A stretch of 64,000 nucleotides of DNA from Enoplolaimus lenunculus. Its lineage: Eukaryota. Positions 12,101 to 26,000 of this stretch are shown here, piece by piece (positions within the stretch are counted from its first letter, which is position 1; each line of letters begins with the position of its first letter). A program made the position numbers and the translations under genes. The stretch spans positions 372,001 through 436,000 of the forward strand of contig JASANG010000273.1 in assembly GCA_030248215.1 (NCBI GenBank), written 5' to 3'. Below the pieces are notes generated by a model. That model ran no database searches. It saw only the letters and a program-made list of their open reading frames with translations, and was not told the DNA's origin.

Positions 12101-14187
12101 TTTAGGATATAAAAATGTCTCAATCCAAAATTCCAAAAAAATTACTTGCTCGTTACGTTAACGAGAAAAAACTTTATTTTGTTGCCATCACTTCTCGTTC
12201 TCAATATGAAATACCGGCTGCACTACACGAGTATGATACATCCCACTTTAGTACCTGAAGCGGTAATAACCAATTCATGTTTAAAAACACTAGCAAACCA
12301 ATAGGCTTTAGGAATATGCTCATTCTTGCGCTTAGGCGTAGGCTTAGGCTTAGGCATATGCATATGCATATAATATATACTGTTCCGCCCCTGTTTTTAC
12401 ATTGGCCAAAAAGTTAAGCGTTTAATTAAAGTCAACTACTTAAGTAAATACTTTAAGTAAAATGTTTAATATTTGAGAAACCTAGCCAATGTGTTTTCTG
12501 TTATTTTAATTTTATATTGAGACTATACTCTGTTTACATTGTATCCTAATATTAAGTTCAATTTAAACAGTAAATCCCGTACCAAGAACGCGCAACGCCG
12601 CAGACAATCCTGAATTTTTTTGAATTAATTGATGAATTTCAATCATTTGTTCTTTGCCTGAAATTTAAAAAATATTTCTATGAAGTAAATCATATACTGA
12701 TCTTAATGTCATTAGACATAATAGATATTGTAAGGTAACAAGTTTGAAAAGAAAATAATCAAGCTTGACAGTTAATAAGTAGTGGTCTAATATAATTTTC
12801 ATAATACCCTTACACAGCTCGGGCAAAACCGGAGGTGATAAATACCGGAGCCGGAGTTCTAGATATTGTGCCGGAGCCGGAGATAGAGTCGGCCAAGCAA
12901 AATCACTCATTTTCCCCCACCAAAAGAAAAAAACCGCCCCGACGCGCCAAAACAACCACCGGCCCCCCAAACTGAGTTAATAACAGTTATTATTAACTGA
13001 TTCTGAGCTGAGTTAACTCCGGGCGAGTAGATTAAAATCGGAATATGTTCAATCAAATCATAATTCTGAGTGCTGCAACACCTAATTCAGAGCTTATGCG
13101 ACAAAATGGATTTAACTCATTCCGCCAATAACTTCAGGCAAAATACGAAAAAAATAAACAGGATAGAAATCTGAAATGAAACAAATAGATTTGACTTAGG
13201 TACCTAAAGCTTGAAGCGCAGAATCTAATTCTTGAGCCGTTGCCGCAATTACAGAATACGTATCCGAAATCCGCTCTACACTGTCTGATTCTATAAATAT
13301 AGAAGGTAATATGAAATTAAATCACAGAACACAATTAAAAGGAAAAGCCGGTGTTTTAAAAGCATATAGACTGCCGTAGATGTGCACATATACCGGAATA
13401 TGAGTTGTTTTGTTGCGATAAACCACATGGTGTAGTAGTAGCATGTTTGACTCGAGTGCAAGATGGCTGACGCTCGATTGCCGGCGTAGTCCTAACTTTG
13501 GACAAAACTTTGAACACGGGATGTGCAGACCGCGTAGTTCCAACATGTAGCATCTATTTTCAGTGTGTAATGGATTTTGAAATATAACCATGTCTGTGTA
13601 AGCATTGCAGTAATGTATATTTAGTATAAATGTCGCTAGATAGTCCGTCAGCATGGCGCAGTGGTTCCCGCTATATGTGAAGAAAAAACTTGCGTGTTTG
13701 AACCCTGCCGCGGATTCTTTTTAGGTCTGTATTAATTACTAAATTTGATGTTCCAGGCAAAATATATTTGGACGATGCATTAGTTTATTGGTTTAATTCT
13801 TTGGCTTTACAACCTGATGCCTACTCTCTAAAAGCTTAAACTATCATGATTTAAGTTCACGCTAATCCAGCACTATTAAACTAACTTTCTAGATTAAGTA
13901 AACTAGCAGGTAGGTTGACGCGTAAACTCAATTAAATTCTTTACATATTTTCAGCTTAAGTGAATCTTAATGAACTCTTACATAAACATCATTCTGGGCT
14001 GCAATTGTTACTTAAACTCGTGTTAAACTTAAAAACACGTTAGTTTAAGTAAAACTTAAAATTCTAGTTTAGTTAGTCCGTCCAGCCATTTAAGTTTTAA
14101 ACTGATATTCAAGTTTAATTAAGTTATAAAACAAGTTTAAGTTTTTAGAAAAGTACCTGTGATTGGGACTAGATTTGCTTGTGACAT
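9123..14187 (-). CDS. Uncharacterised multi-exon gene (helical N-terminus, low-complexity C-terminus)
   Basis: Phase-compatible GT-AG exons 14187-14157 (MSQANLVPIT), 13290-13204, 12657-12583, 11169-11098 and 10134-9789 give a continuous frame (..ERISDTYSVIAATAQELDSALQALGKEQMIEIHQLIQKNSGLSAALRVLGHATMTSFHDLLAQLEAIEECIYEQPAE..). The 3' end is uncertain; a candidate last exon is 9328-9123. Confidence 0.65.
10518..11119. repeat. 300-bp direct tandem duplication
   Basis: Sequence from 10518 recurs at 10818 with no mismatch seen. There is a 2-bp (AT) overlap at the junction. Confidence 0.95.
13645..13722 (+). repeat. Degenerate tRNA-derived (SINE-head-like) sequence
   Basis: A-box-like TGGCGCAGTGG, B-box-like GTTTGAACCC, then a T-run. 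No proper cloverleaf. Confidence 0.45.
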
Positions 14188-17100
14188 TTTAAACTTCCCC
14201 AGTTAATTGTCAAGTACACAAATTTCGAGTTCAAATTTAATGTAATAAAAACTGAAGTCAATTTTAAATTTTCAAAGTTTGTTTTATTCCATTCTGGTTT
14301 GGGAATTTTATGAATACTATTGCTTTTCAAAAGATGACTCAACGTTAAGACTTAATAGGGTTAGGCTTAGACTTCGGATCGGCTTAATAAATTTCTAAAT
14401 AAATATGTGGTTTTACATACACATTGTTTTGTGTTTAATGAATATATTTTTATGTGACAAATTTTCGCCAAAATATTAATGCCGACTTGGCGTTTTGCAA
14501 GAAAGCGATAAATTTACAAACTATTATTTTGATGCCAAATGATCAATTGTCAACCAAAATTGTTTCGAAACAGCACCGGTTCTGGGAAAAAATCGCCAGT
14601 AAAATTACAAGACAGAATTTTTAACAGATCTTCTGTTTTATCGTAAAAATATTGATTGCGCGTCTCTATAGATTCGAGTTTAAGTTTATATCATTACATT
14701 GACAAATTAATGCGGATGAAAGAAATTCTTAAAAATAGGTGTAATTTTATGTAAATACTTTTATTTTGAGTTCTAGAATGTATTCTAAATTTTCCAAGAA
14801 AAAGTTACGCTTTTGGATTATATTGAATGTTTCAAAAGTTCAACTTTTATGATGGACAGAACTGGGAAGGTAAAAGTCAAAAATGAATATTCGCTGAAAA
14901 TATTTCATTTTCTCTAATCAATAACCAAATAAATAGGTGTTTTGGCGAGAGACCTGAAAACAGCCACAATTAACAATAAGATTTAGAATAACCTGGATCT
15001 TGGAGGTCAAATATCTTTTGGCTGATGTTTTTGTCAAATTATACCATCCAAAATAAAATCTTGACCATACGACTCTCGAGACTCTAAATTTTTAAATATC
15101 GTATACACTGAAACGATTTTAAAAATTTAAATTTGACTATTTTAACTACGATTCAGCATTTTCAACTGTAACATTGCAGATACAAGTGCATACGTTGGTT
15201 TTATGGAGGTATTTCTTCCAAAACAGCATTCCTAATACATATACTGTACAAAATTGACATATAGCCATAAGCCGCCACGTAAAACCAAGTATTGTATTAT
15301 TTACACACTCATTTGGCTTCTCGTACACTCCCTTTGCGAGTTATCTTTTGCCATTATATGTTGCATTACCAATAACGTAGCTGGATCTGACGAAAACAAA
15401 TTTTGTATTCAAACCTGCATAATTCTGTGATGATTTAAAATTTAGATTTCTTAAAACATGCCAAAATTAAAAGAAAAACTATAGTTTAGCTTGATACTTA
15501 TCAGAATAATGACTTCGTACTTTTGAATGATCTCAAAAATAGCCCAGAAAAATTTGTATCGAATACGCACCGTCAAGTACTAAATATATTACCAAACAAC
15601 AAATTAGGTGCGCTAAATCAGTCATCAAACGCAAAAATGACGCAGTTAAACTCAGCGCGTCGTTTTTACACAGCCCACCGTCAGAAATTTTTGCATTTGC
15701 CGCTGTAAACGGGACACCACTAAAAGTAACATGGGCCGATGTTAGTACGAATTAACTTAAGTATATTTCAATGATTTCTTTCTTCTTGGAACGTAAGCGA
15801 CTCATGCATATACAGTTCGAGGGAAGGGAAACATTCGATAGAATCAGAGGCAAACCGAAGCAACTCAATTTTCGAAGGCCAACGCAAATTAGTCAGTAGC
15901 AATCTTGTAAACCGAATACTCCAGCACGACTGAAGCAACTGCATTTTAAATAAGTATTTTTATATTTGTATGTTTTACGCTCATAGCAATAAGCTTGTGA
16001 GTCAGGTACGTCCCTTAGAACAATAAGTTAAATAATCGTTTGAGCAACGAAAATTGAGGTTCGGAAATTCAAAAAACGCCAAATCGAGTGTTGGATATCC
16101 TTAGAATTGCCGGATATCCGGATATGAAGAAATATCCGATGTCCATCACTATTAGGTATAAAGCACATTCTTACGTTTAGGCTTAGGTTTAGGCTTAGGA
16201 ATATGGTTATACTGCTGTTCCGACCGTGTTCTGTACATTGGCCTTTAGGCTGTGCCACTCTTAAACCATATTTGAATCTCAAAACTAAAACGAAAATTAA
16301 AACCAAATCCTAAACCACACCTTAAGGGAGTCCCTGGCTCCACCTATTTTCTTTTAGAACTTAAGTTAAACTTAGGCGTCGCTTGAAAGCGGAAAAATGA
16401 TAGAAATTGTGCTATGGCGGCTGCATCCGCAATGTGAAACCTACCTGGGCTTTGCACGGCCTTTGAATATTCTTTTATATGATTTTTTGGCTAGTGCTGC
16501 GGTTAACGACATAGCTAGGCTATGTCAGCACCCAATATGGGTCTCTCGGTTTTTGTTGTTGTTGTTGTTGTATCTAGTTATGTTTGTGCGGCGGACACCC
16601 AAATTCGGGTGTCGGTCTGCATGCAAATTAGATCGAGATGCTTATGGGTAGCCAGGACGGGAATCATAACATAGCTGGTAGTGTTTTTTCACGCGCTGTT
16701 CGGGCTTGTGTTTTCTATATAATTTTGGATAAATTTCGTGTAGTTTCTGACGGATTTGACAATCCTTTTGGTAAGTCTTGATTTAATCTTAGGTATTGCC
16801 ACGGTGGCGAGTATGTGAAGGTAAATTGGATTAAGAGTTATTGTTTGGAGAGCGCAGGACGCTTACGGATACCCAGTATTAATTACTTGTGTTATGGTCT
16901 AACGGGGAACACTTCGGATTTTAAGAAAACTTGGAAAACCGTAGTCTATTAAATCTGTCGGGGTTATGTTTACTATTCTACAACGGACTGGGCCATTCTA
17001 ACGGGGTTAGTTTGGTCGGAAATTTGGTGTATTTCGAACGGGGTTAGAGTGCACGGTATAGAAACTTGGTAACACTTGTATTGTAATTCTAACGGGGCTA

Positions 17101-17604
17101 GGATTGCACGAATTTTCTGGGCAATTGTAGAGTTTGGTAAATATGAGCTAGTGGCTAGATAAAACGGATTTAGGCATAGGTCACAAGGATTCCGGATCAG
17201 GTTGCAAGTTGGTTATCGTACTTGTGTCTTACTTGTTTATATTCGGTGTTATATACGTATTCGGGTGGGGTAATAAACATTTACCGGCCGCGTCACTGAG
17301 CCAGAGAGGTACGCATAACATCGGGGTAGAACGAATTCAGAGTTGTGATTCAGGGTCCTTTAAGTATATAGCTAGTAAAACACGAGCTTGTCACATGACC
17401 CTGATGCACACTTTTAGATTTGAAGTATTTTGATTCTTATGTTCCAATTCATTGTAAATGAGTGCTACTTTACACCCATAGTTAAAATAATAAAATGCAA
17501 AAGTATCACAAAATTGTGCCATTATGCAAGCATGTATGATTGTTGAATATCACTCAAACAGAATAGTTTTTTGCAAAATACTTCTATTTAGAAATAAATC
17601 GAAA

Positions 17605-20600
17605 TCACAGTTGCGTTTCAGTATGATTTTGTGAATCAGACTCAATGCAAGTTGGGGTGTCGGGCAAGTATTCGAATTCGTTTTCCAGCAGCGGAGTAAC
17701 ATATTTCGAGTCTCCAGAGTATAACGTGGGCGACGAACTCACGGAGGCTTGTGCTGATTCAGAAAAAGCCTGAAAATTTATATTGTTCGGACTGCCGATA
17801 AATATTAAGAGCCGCATTCTCAACTGTGCGTAGCATCTATGATCAGGTTAGTAATACGTTTTTAGACGAGTAAACTGCAACTGCCTCGGAACAGAATTAG
17901 CATTAAAAGGATGTAAACCTGTACAAGTCTAATCACCTGCTGTTGATTACTGTTGGAGCTCTGACTATGTGTAACCTTAAGAGCTATGAGAAAGTGTCAA
18001 AAACTAAAATTATCAGTAAACATTAGAAATATGATGGTTCGCAAAATATATTTGTGAAAAGTTTGGAGAAAAATAAAAGAAAAGTTATAAATTTCATACC
18101 TATGCTATTGCATATTTTCACGCGTTCGAAATCGGCTAGCGGCTTTTGAGAATGCTCCTTTTACTGTTTGCCACTGAAACAAAATTGCTTACAACTTCCA
18201 TTTTCTGAGTATAAATACGATTTAAAAACAGAAAAAATTGTTATTTTTCAAAGGTACAATTTTAGCAGTTGAACTAAAGATTTTCAAATTTGAATATTGA
18301 AGCAAATAATGCTTAATTCCAGTGCAAACAGTAAATATTAACGTTAATTTTTTCATATATTTTGCGAACCATTCATTTTACTGTTTGACAATTCTATCGA
18401 AGATAATTAAGCCTGTAAGTATGTCTTCACCGTCTAATATTGCATGAATCTATTTCTACTTCCTTAGCAAGGCTTGCGCTATACTTTTTAATTTTTTAAT
18501 GCCGTTCGGTGCCGGCCGACACCCGTATTCAGTAGAAAATATGCTTACAATTAAATAAAACTGTTGCGTTAATTGTTGGTTTACTTACTATTGTGCAAGT
18601 TTTATTTTAATTTTCAGCAAACACAAAATTCTTAGTTTTACATTTACTTAATTAATCAGTAAATGTCAGCAGTAGTTTTGCTTATTTTATTTTAGCAGAT
18701 ATTTACTCAATGTTTACGACGCTTATAATTTAAAATGTTAGTGAAATATTACTAAAGGATTTTATGTTGAGTGTTTACAGAGTAGATGGCCATCCGTCAC
18801 CGTGTGTCACGGTGCGGTATCGTATCCGAACTGAATTATACTCGCGTACGATACCGTATGATGGTAGACGGTGCAAAAATGACAAGTTTATCGCAACTCT
18901 TAGAATTATTTGATAACTTTCTTGCACTAAAAGCAAATGCTAAATTCCTGTGAAAGACGTAGCTTAATTTCCGTATTAAATAAATACGCGTAAATAGGAT
19001 GGATCTGCTTTAAATTGAAATGATAAGCTTCATTGCTGAAAAACTGCAAAACTTACACAAGATTCGTTTGAAATAGTTGTTTTAATGTAGTATTCTTGGC
19101 CATACATCCATGCAGAATTAACAACCTAAAATTATTCCCAATGTTAATCTTTAACTCTTTGCTTACTAAAACGTTAATATTAATTGTGAAACTAAAGAAC
19201 TTAACAAAACAACGTAAAAAATTCATTAACTAGTTTTCGAAATACCAGAAGGTTTCTGAATTATATAGTCTAGAGAGTAAATTGAAGCTGTAGACTAATT
19301 TTACGCCTAGGTTTATGTTTAGGCTTAGTTGAAGACTTAACTTAGGCTTAGTATTGGCTTAACATTATTAAGAATATGTCTCGAATCTATACATTGGCTG
19401 AAGTTTCTAATATTATCTACACAAAAAGAAGTAAAAGGTTAAAAACTTTATTGGATTGTATTTATCCAAGATTGTATCTCTTTCACGAATAGAGTGTACT
19501 ATGAGCAACTAATTGCTAACTGCGTAAGTACTTAATACGATCAATATAAATACACAATGCACAGTGTTTCGAAATAACTGCCACTATTGGCAAGCTTACA
19601 TCTTGGCATGTAGCCCGTTCACTCGCATCAGGATGCAGCAAATCCGTAATCAAATCTTTTACATCGTCCGAGAGTACGGCACCCAGTCGCGACGGGAAAT
19701 GAACATTATGAGCGAGTTGAAGTTTGATCATTTTCGAAAGATGTCGGTCATCATACGGCATATTGCCACAAACCAGGATAAATAAAATCACACCGAGACT
19801 CCACATGTCGTAGCCGAAACCGGAATACGGATGGCCTGAAAACAAAGACGTCCGCAGCCAGTAAATCAACTGAAATAAACAGCAATCAAAATTCAAACAG
19901 CAAACAACTGATAATCTCCCATACTCATCTAGTATCAGTTTTATAAACAAATGGGAAGTATTATTTCTGCTGAATTCCAAAGTATTGGCAAGAAACTGGC
20001 CATTAGCAAATTATCATAGATCATACATCAAATGGTTGAAAGGGTTCGTGCGGGTTTTCTATGAATACACCCCTTTAGACGAGAGAATTTAAACTTATTT
20101 GACCCAAGAATGAAATTTTCACTCGACCTTTGAGCACTTCCGGAGCCGCATAGGCCGCAGATCCACAGTACGTTTTACTGTTGTCAAACGGTTTCATTTT
20201 GCGTGCAAATCCAAAATCGCTAATTTTAATATTGTTGAATTTGTCAAGGAGAATATTTTCACATTTTAAATCGCGATGGATAATGTCTTGTGACTGTAAA
20301 TAAGCGACGCCTTCGGTCAGCTGTCGAAATAAAAACCTAAAAGTTTAGCAAAAATTTAAAATATATATAGTTGCACCGTCAAATGTTTTGACCAATGTAT
20401 AGAATAAGGTCGTGACAGTAGTATAAGCATATTCCTAAGCCTAAGCGTAAAGAATGAGGTTCTTTAATAAGTTTTAGCCTAACAAACCATAGTCTAAAGA
20501 TTAAGCTTACTCTATGGCAGTCATGCACAAAAACATTTCGCTCCTGATCTTTACATGAGCCAATGTTATTAGTAAGAAGCAAAAACAAAACAATGCGTTT

Positions 20601-22420
20601 TTTGGTTTATTTGTTGAAAACTTTGCATGACCAACCAGCGGATTGCAATTTGAATTTGAACATGCGTATGTTGTGTTGGCAAGAAGCATGTATATAGCAA
20701 AAAATGAAAGTACATATTCTGAATAGGCTCTGCAAAAGTGTTGTTCAAGATTAGTTTTATCTCTTTAGTCTGGGTTTCATAAAGGAACGAAAGACTTAAT
20801 ATCGCCTAAACTTTAGCTTCCATCGACTCACAATTTGACTCGCGTTATTAAAATGTACATGACGGCATTTTAATAATGTTAAACTTCAGAAATGTTTGAT
20901 TAATCGTTGTTCAGAGGTATTGCAGTAGTATAAGCATATTCCTAAACCTAAGCTTTGGTGAAAGCCTGGCTTTAGCGTAAGGATAAACTTATAGCTGAGG
21001 CTAGGTCGCTGCCTAACTTTGTCCCAACTAAAAATAGTCTAAAACTTATGCTTATGTTCAATTGGTGTCACGCAGAAAAACGGTATATCACCCGAAGTAA
21101 ACATTGGCCAAATTTCACTGTGAGCTATCGGATCTCTCGCGCTTGGCCGCGGCTTCAGGCAACGCCCTATGTAATTAGTCAACGACCAATCATTCTCGGA
21201 CGAAATTGAAAATATTCAAGCACGAAAGGGTTAATAAGTTGAAATTGAAATACTCTTTCGGAGCTCTCACTTGGCTTTTGCTTCAGGCAACGACCCACGT
21301 AACCGGACATAGTCCAACAGATCCCCGTGTCCGGCCAACTCCATCGCCATATACACGCGGTTTCCGATACGGAACGAATCGTATATCTGGATAACATTGA
21401 CGTGCCTCATCTGACCGTGAATGTTCAGCTCGCGCGGTAGAAACTTGTTTAAAAAATCCCTCGGCGCTCTAGTTTCATCGATAATTTTCAATGCCACCAC
21501 GCGCCGTTTGCGTTCGCTATGTGCTTTTTTGACCAAAAATTATTTTTTACATAATTTTAGCAATTCAATGTTAAAAAATGAAATGACGCTTAGGAAAATA
21601 TCTTAACAAATTCGGTCCGTTTTACGAAGTGAAACAAAATTGTACGATAGAACAAATTTTTAAGACTTTTTGACCTTAAATATTTTTACTAGACGCCAAC
21701 CATTGCGCAATGCGCGAAAGTTTTAGCTAGTTCTTAAAAATCTGTATACTAACTTTCTAATTATAAAACAATCACGTTAATGTGCTATGAAACTATAGTA
21801 AACGAAGTATGCTAGAAACTTGACCAAATAACATAAGTAGGGTATTCAAGCTTTAATCATATAGATTTCAGGATAAGCAAAATATTTTCTTGTTTCACCG
21901 TCCAAAGACAATAATGTCACGCTGTGTTTTCTATATTTATCTATCTTATCAATTTGATGTTTGCGCCACAAAAAAATCTAGCTGTAAGCCTAAAGTACCA
22001 ATGCATAGAAAAGGACCGTAACAGCATATTCCTATGCCTAAGTCTACGCGTAAAACTAAGCCTACGTCTAAGCCTAAGAAAAAAGCAGTCTTAAAGATTA
22101 AGTTAACTCTACTGTAGTCGCACAGAAAAACGTTCCGCCCCTGATCTTTACATGGGCAGCTTAAACATAAGCTTTAATCATATCCAAACCATATCCTAAA
22201 CGGTTGCCTACACCTAAAGTATAGACCTCTGGGGGAGTGACACGAGCGGTCCAGTGTTCCGAACGGAAGCTTACCTTAGCGTAAGAACCTTCCCCCAATG
22301 TTCCAGTAATCGTATATCCTCGAGTAGCCAAAGCTGCTGTATAGCTTGCAGCTGGATAATCTCGAATTCTCCGATGTGTTCGATGATGATTGTGTCGTGC
22401 AACACTGTGAGATTGTACAT
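17605..22420 (-). CDS. Testis-specific serine/threonine kinase (TSSK family), 5' end unresolved
   Basis: Exons: about 22420-22275 (..[16 protein letters not shown]), 21533-21271 ([36 protein letters not shown]), 20336-20128 ([38 protein letters not shown]), 19835-19600 ([25 protein letters not shown]) and 19125-19057. Probable tail exons are 17975-17937 and 17769-17605. [15 protein letters not shown] and [10 protein letters not shown] are TSSK hallmarks. Confidence 0.93.
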
Positions 22421-22830
22421 CTTAAGATTTTATATTCTAAAGGTGCCGCTATAATTTAGGTTACCCGGTGCCGTCCGACTACGTCTAGCGTCGTCCGGCG
22501 TGAATTACCGCATGGACCGTCTAACAATTTGTTAACAAAATGTTTTGATTAATTCAACAAATTCAGTATTCTGAGTTCTAAAAGACCTAATTCAGACTCA
22601 GGGAGTCGACTCATTTATATTTAAAACCAATTCACTCAAATTTACAGTGCAGATGCTTTAAAACCAAACAGTTTACTGAAAAAAATATTGAAGAAAAACA
22701 TTGAGGGTTGATTCCTTAGCCCATTACAATTACTGAAATTGCTATATTCAAACGACAATGCCCCCAACCGCATAAGCACCAGTCCGATGTATAAAAATCT
22801 GTGGGTATTTTTGAAATTTTGAGCTTTCAA

Positions 22831-23078
22831 CACAGTAAATTCCAGTAAGTTGATTTTAACTCAGAATGCGTTGAATCACTCAGTCTGAGTTAGGACTATC
22901 AGAACTCAGAACATTGAGTTGATTCAATTCATTCTGAGTTAATCAACTCACCCAGAGTCAACTCAACTCAGAGTGAGAATCAACTCAACTCATTGTGAGT
23001 TAATGTTGACTGATATTAATTCAGAAGTAACCAACTCGCTACGTGAATTGATTAATCAACTCATTGAAATTTACAGTG
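22831..23078. mobile_element. CAC-ended MITE (CACTA/EnSpm-like) with subterminal AACTCA/TGAGTT repeats
   Basis: CACAGTAAATT...AATTTACAGTG TIRs with AA on both flanks. Related copies lie at 27617-27848, about 22520-22649 and about 12970-13120. Confidence 0.65.
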
Positions 23079-26000
23079 AAGTAATTTTCTAAACCGAGTT
23101 GAACGCCACGAAACCTTTTACTGCGCCACATGCTTCTGACCTCCATTAAATTAAACAGACTTTTTCGTGTCAAAATATATTTAAGAATGCAATGTCAATT
23201 AATTCAAACTGATTTTGATAGGAATCGGTAAAAGGGGCCAAACTCACAGCCAGGAATCACTTGGAGGACGACTGTAACCTTATAGATTGTGCAAGAAAAA
23301 TATTCTTAACATAAAATAATTTCAATGGTCAAGTCATCGGTTGTGGTGGCGCGACTCCACGCCCCCATAGTAGCTGACCGTTGAAACGGTATTGACGTTT
23401 TGGAAAAGTTTTGCTCAGGTTTAGTCTTAGACTTAGCGTTAGAGGCTTACGCTTAGAAATATGCTCAAGTACTAATGTTTCAACCCTCAGCTATACATGG
23501 GCCTTTTGTGGTTGGGAGAGTTTTCCACTGTGAAAGGGGAAGTATATAGAAAAATGTCGCGAAATTAACGACATTGACGATTTCAAATGTTTTCAGAATA
23601 TCTGCTAATAATTATTCCGTAACTATGGAAACTTATAGATTCATGGGGAAATTTTATTCATCACGATAGTTTCAACGATATTAACTTCTGCTTTTTACAG
23701 GTTTACCAGCATTTGCTACAACCTCGACTTCTGGTGTCGGTTCCAAACCACCGAGACTCAAGAAACCGAGAGTTGCCAAATACCAAGACTTGCCGAGTCT
23801 GAGACCCAGACTCCCATCCGTGGTTAAAAGGAGCATGGGCCAAACAAATACTGCAACTAAACGCAACGCTACAAAAACAGAGAATAGTATAATAGGGTCG
23901 TTTTTAAAGTGTTAAGAATCGGCGTATGTTAAACTTTGTGAAGTTTTTAAAAATAATATACGGCAAGTTAAAATAACGGACCCGGATGTCGATTTTTTGC
24001 CTGAGCAGGAGCCGGATATCTGGTCGCACCCTGATATATATATAATTTTCCTCCAAACCTATTTGATACAAGTACATTGCGAGATGGTAAAATTTTGTTT
24101 ATAACGTTAAAATTTGCAATAAACTTCACCTGGATTCTGGACAGCCTCATCAGCCATTTTATTTTTTAATGCGAATCCTCATTTTCGGATCAGCGGAATG
24201 TAAAGTCCATGAGGGTTTCTGAGTTATTGAAGCTGTCAAAATGATACAAACCTTATTTTGAGCAATCAAGTCCTGTTAAAATTAAAACGAGTGACTATTT
24301 CTTAACATGTACAGAAGGACAGTTATGAAATTTTTGTATAATCAAGTAAATTCCGCAACACGAATTTAAATTATTTTTAAATTTTTACAGTGTCTGAATT
24401 TAAGCTATAATTTATAGACAAGGTTTCGTTTAATCACAGGATATTTACTGAGAAACACCGCAGGGCATATGCCAGGTTGTACAGCTGAATCTTCTTAGAT
24501 TTTCGAATCGCAATTTTTATATAGGCAGGTGCCATATGGGAAAACTATTCGTTTAGGCTTAGGCTTTAGGGCAAGGCTTGCATTTGTCTAAGGGCACTTT
24601 TGTAGTTCCCCTAACAGTGAAAAAGTTTTCCTCACCACAACAAATCGGTTTTCGAAACCCCGACACTGAGCGGTTCTGATACAAACAGTTGAAAAAATGT
24701 CAATTAACCTGAGCTGTTACCAGTGGCGGATCCAAAAATTCCTGGTGGGGGATGCACAAGTGAAAATGTTGCGTTGGTACATTTTCGTACATATTTTTAC
24801 CCATATAAAAACAGCCACAAGTCACACACTAACTGCTATGTATGCATATATATGTATATAAACATTCATATGTTTGCATGTATGTATCGCTGACGAGAAG
24901 AACCTCAAAGTAGAAAAGATGCGCTCATTAAAGCGGATGTTGCATAAATTTCTAGCATACGATATTTTGGTTGTTGCTGTTACGAAGAGGTTTTATGTTC
25001 TTTTTCCTGTATTTTCAAAAATCAGAATAAGTGCATGTATAGCCTACATGGCTTAACCCAGCAAAAGATTTACACCCGGCAGCCGGTGTGGGGATGCATC
25101 CACCCATTTTCCTGCATCCGCCCTTGGCTGTTACAATAATAAAATGCTTAGTGCAGAGGGCTTCAATAGCGGCAGCCCCCGTTTTACTTAATACCCCTTT
25201 ATACCGCAGGGTATTCAGGGGGCGGCAGCCCTTGTGAGAAACATAATGCAAAATTGACGCAAAATTTTCGCACTAGAAACTGGTTTTAAAAATAGGAAAG
25301 CAAAATATCCTGTTACAAACAAAAAAGTTTCCTTCACATTTGCGTAGGTAGTTTGCGGTGAAACTTCAAATGTGCATGCCTAAGCATAGGCTAGTCCTAA
25401 GTCTTTGCTAAAACCTTGGCATAAGCCTGTACCTAAATGTTTTCTGCACCAAAGCTTAAGTCTAAGCATATGTTCAATTATGGTGGAACGTATATATACA
25501 ACTACCTTGTTTCAGCCACTGGGAAAATGAATTCTCTGAAAATATTGACAGAAAAATGATTTGGTATTTTTCGTGCAGTTTAATATTTTCAAGCTGCTAG
25601 CTGATCTGACATTTCAAAATCACATTCTCAATCTGACAATAAAATTTTTTTACATTATCCCTTTCTCACATGAAAGATTTATATCATCTGAAATCAGATT
25701 TCAAGCTAGGATTTTAAACACGAAGAGTGAAGTAGCCGTTTACCATCACCACTCAGCAATAAAATGTTTATCAGCGTGTTGTTTCAGTATTTTATACTGG
25801 TGAACCCTTCTCTAAAACGATCGTTTGTTTTTCAATTCAATAAGTTTTTACTCAGACACCTTTTAATGCTCAAATTTAATGGAGCCCAGTGTGCGGTTTC
25901 ATAGTCAAGTGAGCTCACCCCCTTGAAAAATTTTGGCCCCCCTAACAAATTTTCAACCTGCTTGAAAGTCAATGCAAACCCTTATGTGCCCCTCCTGAAA

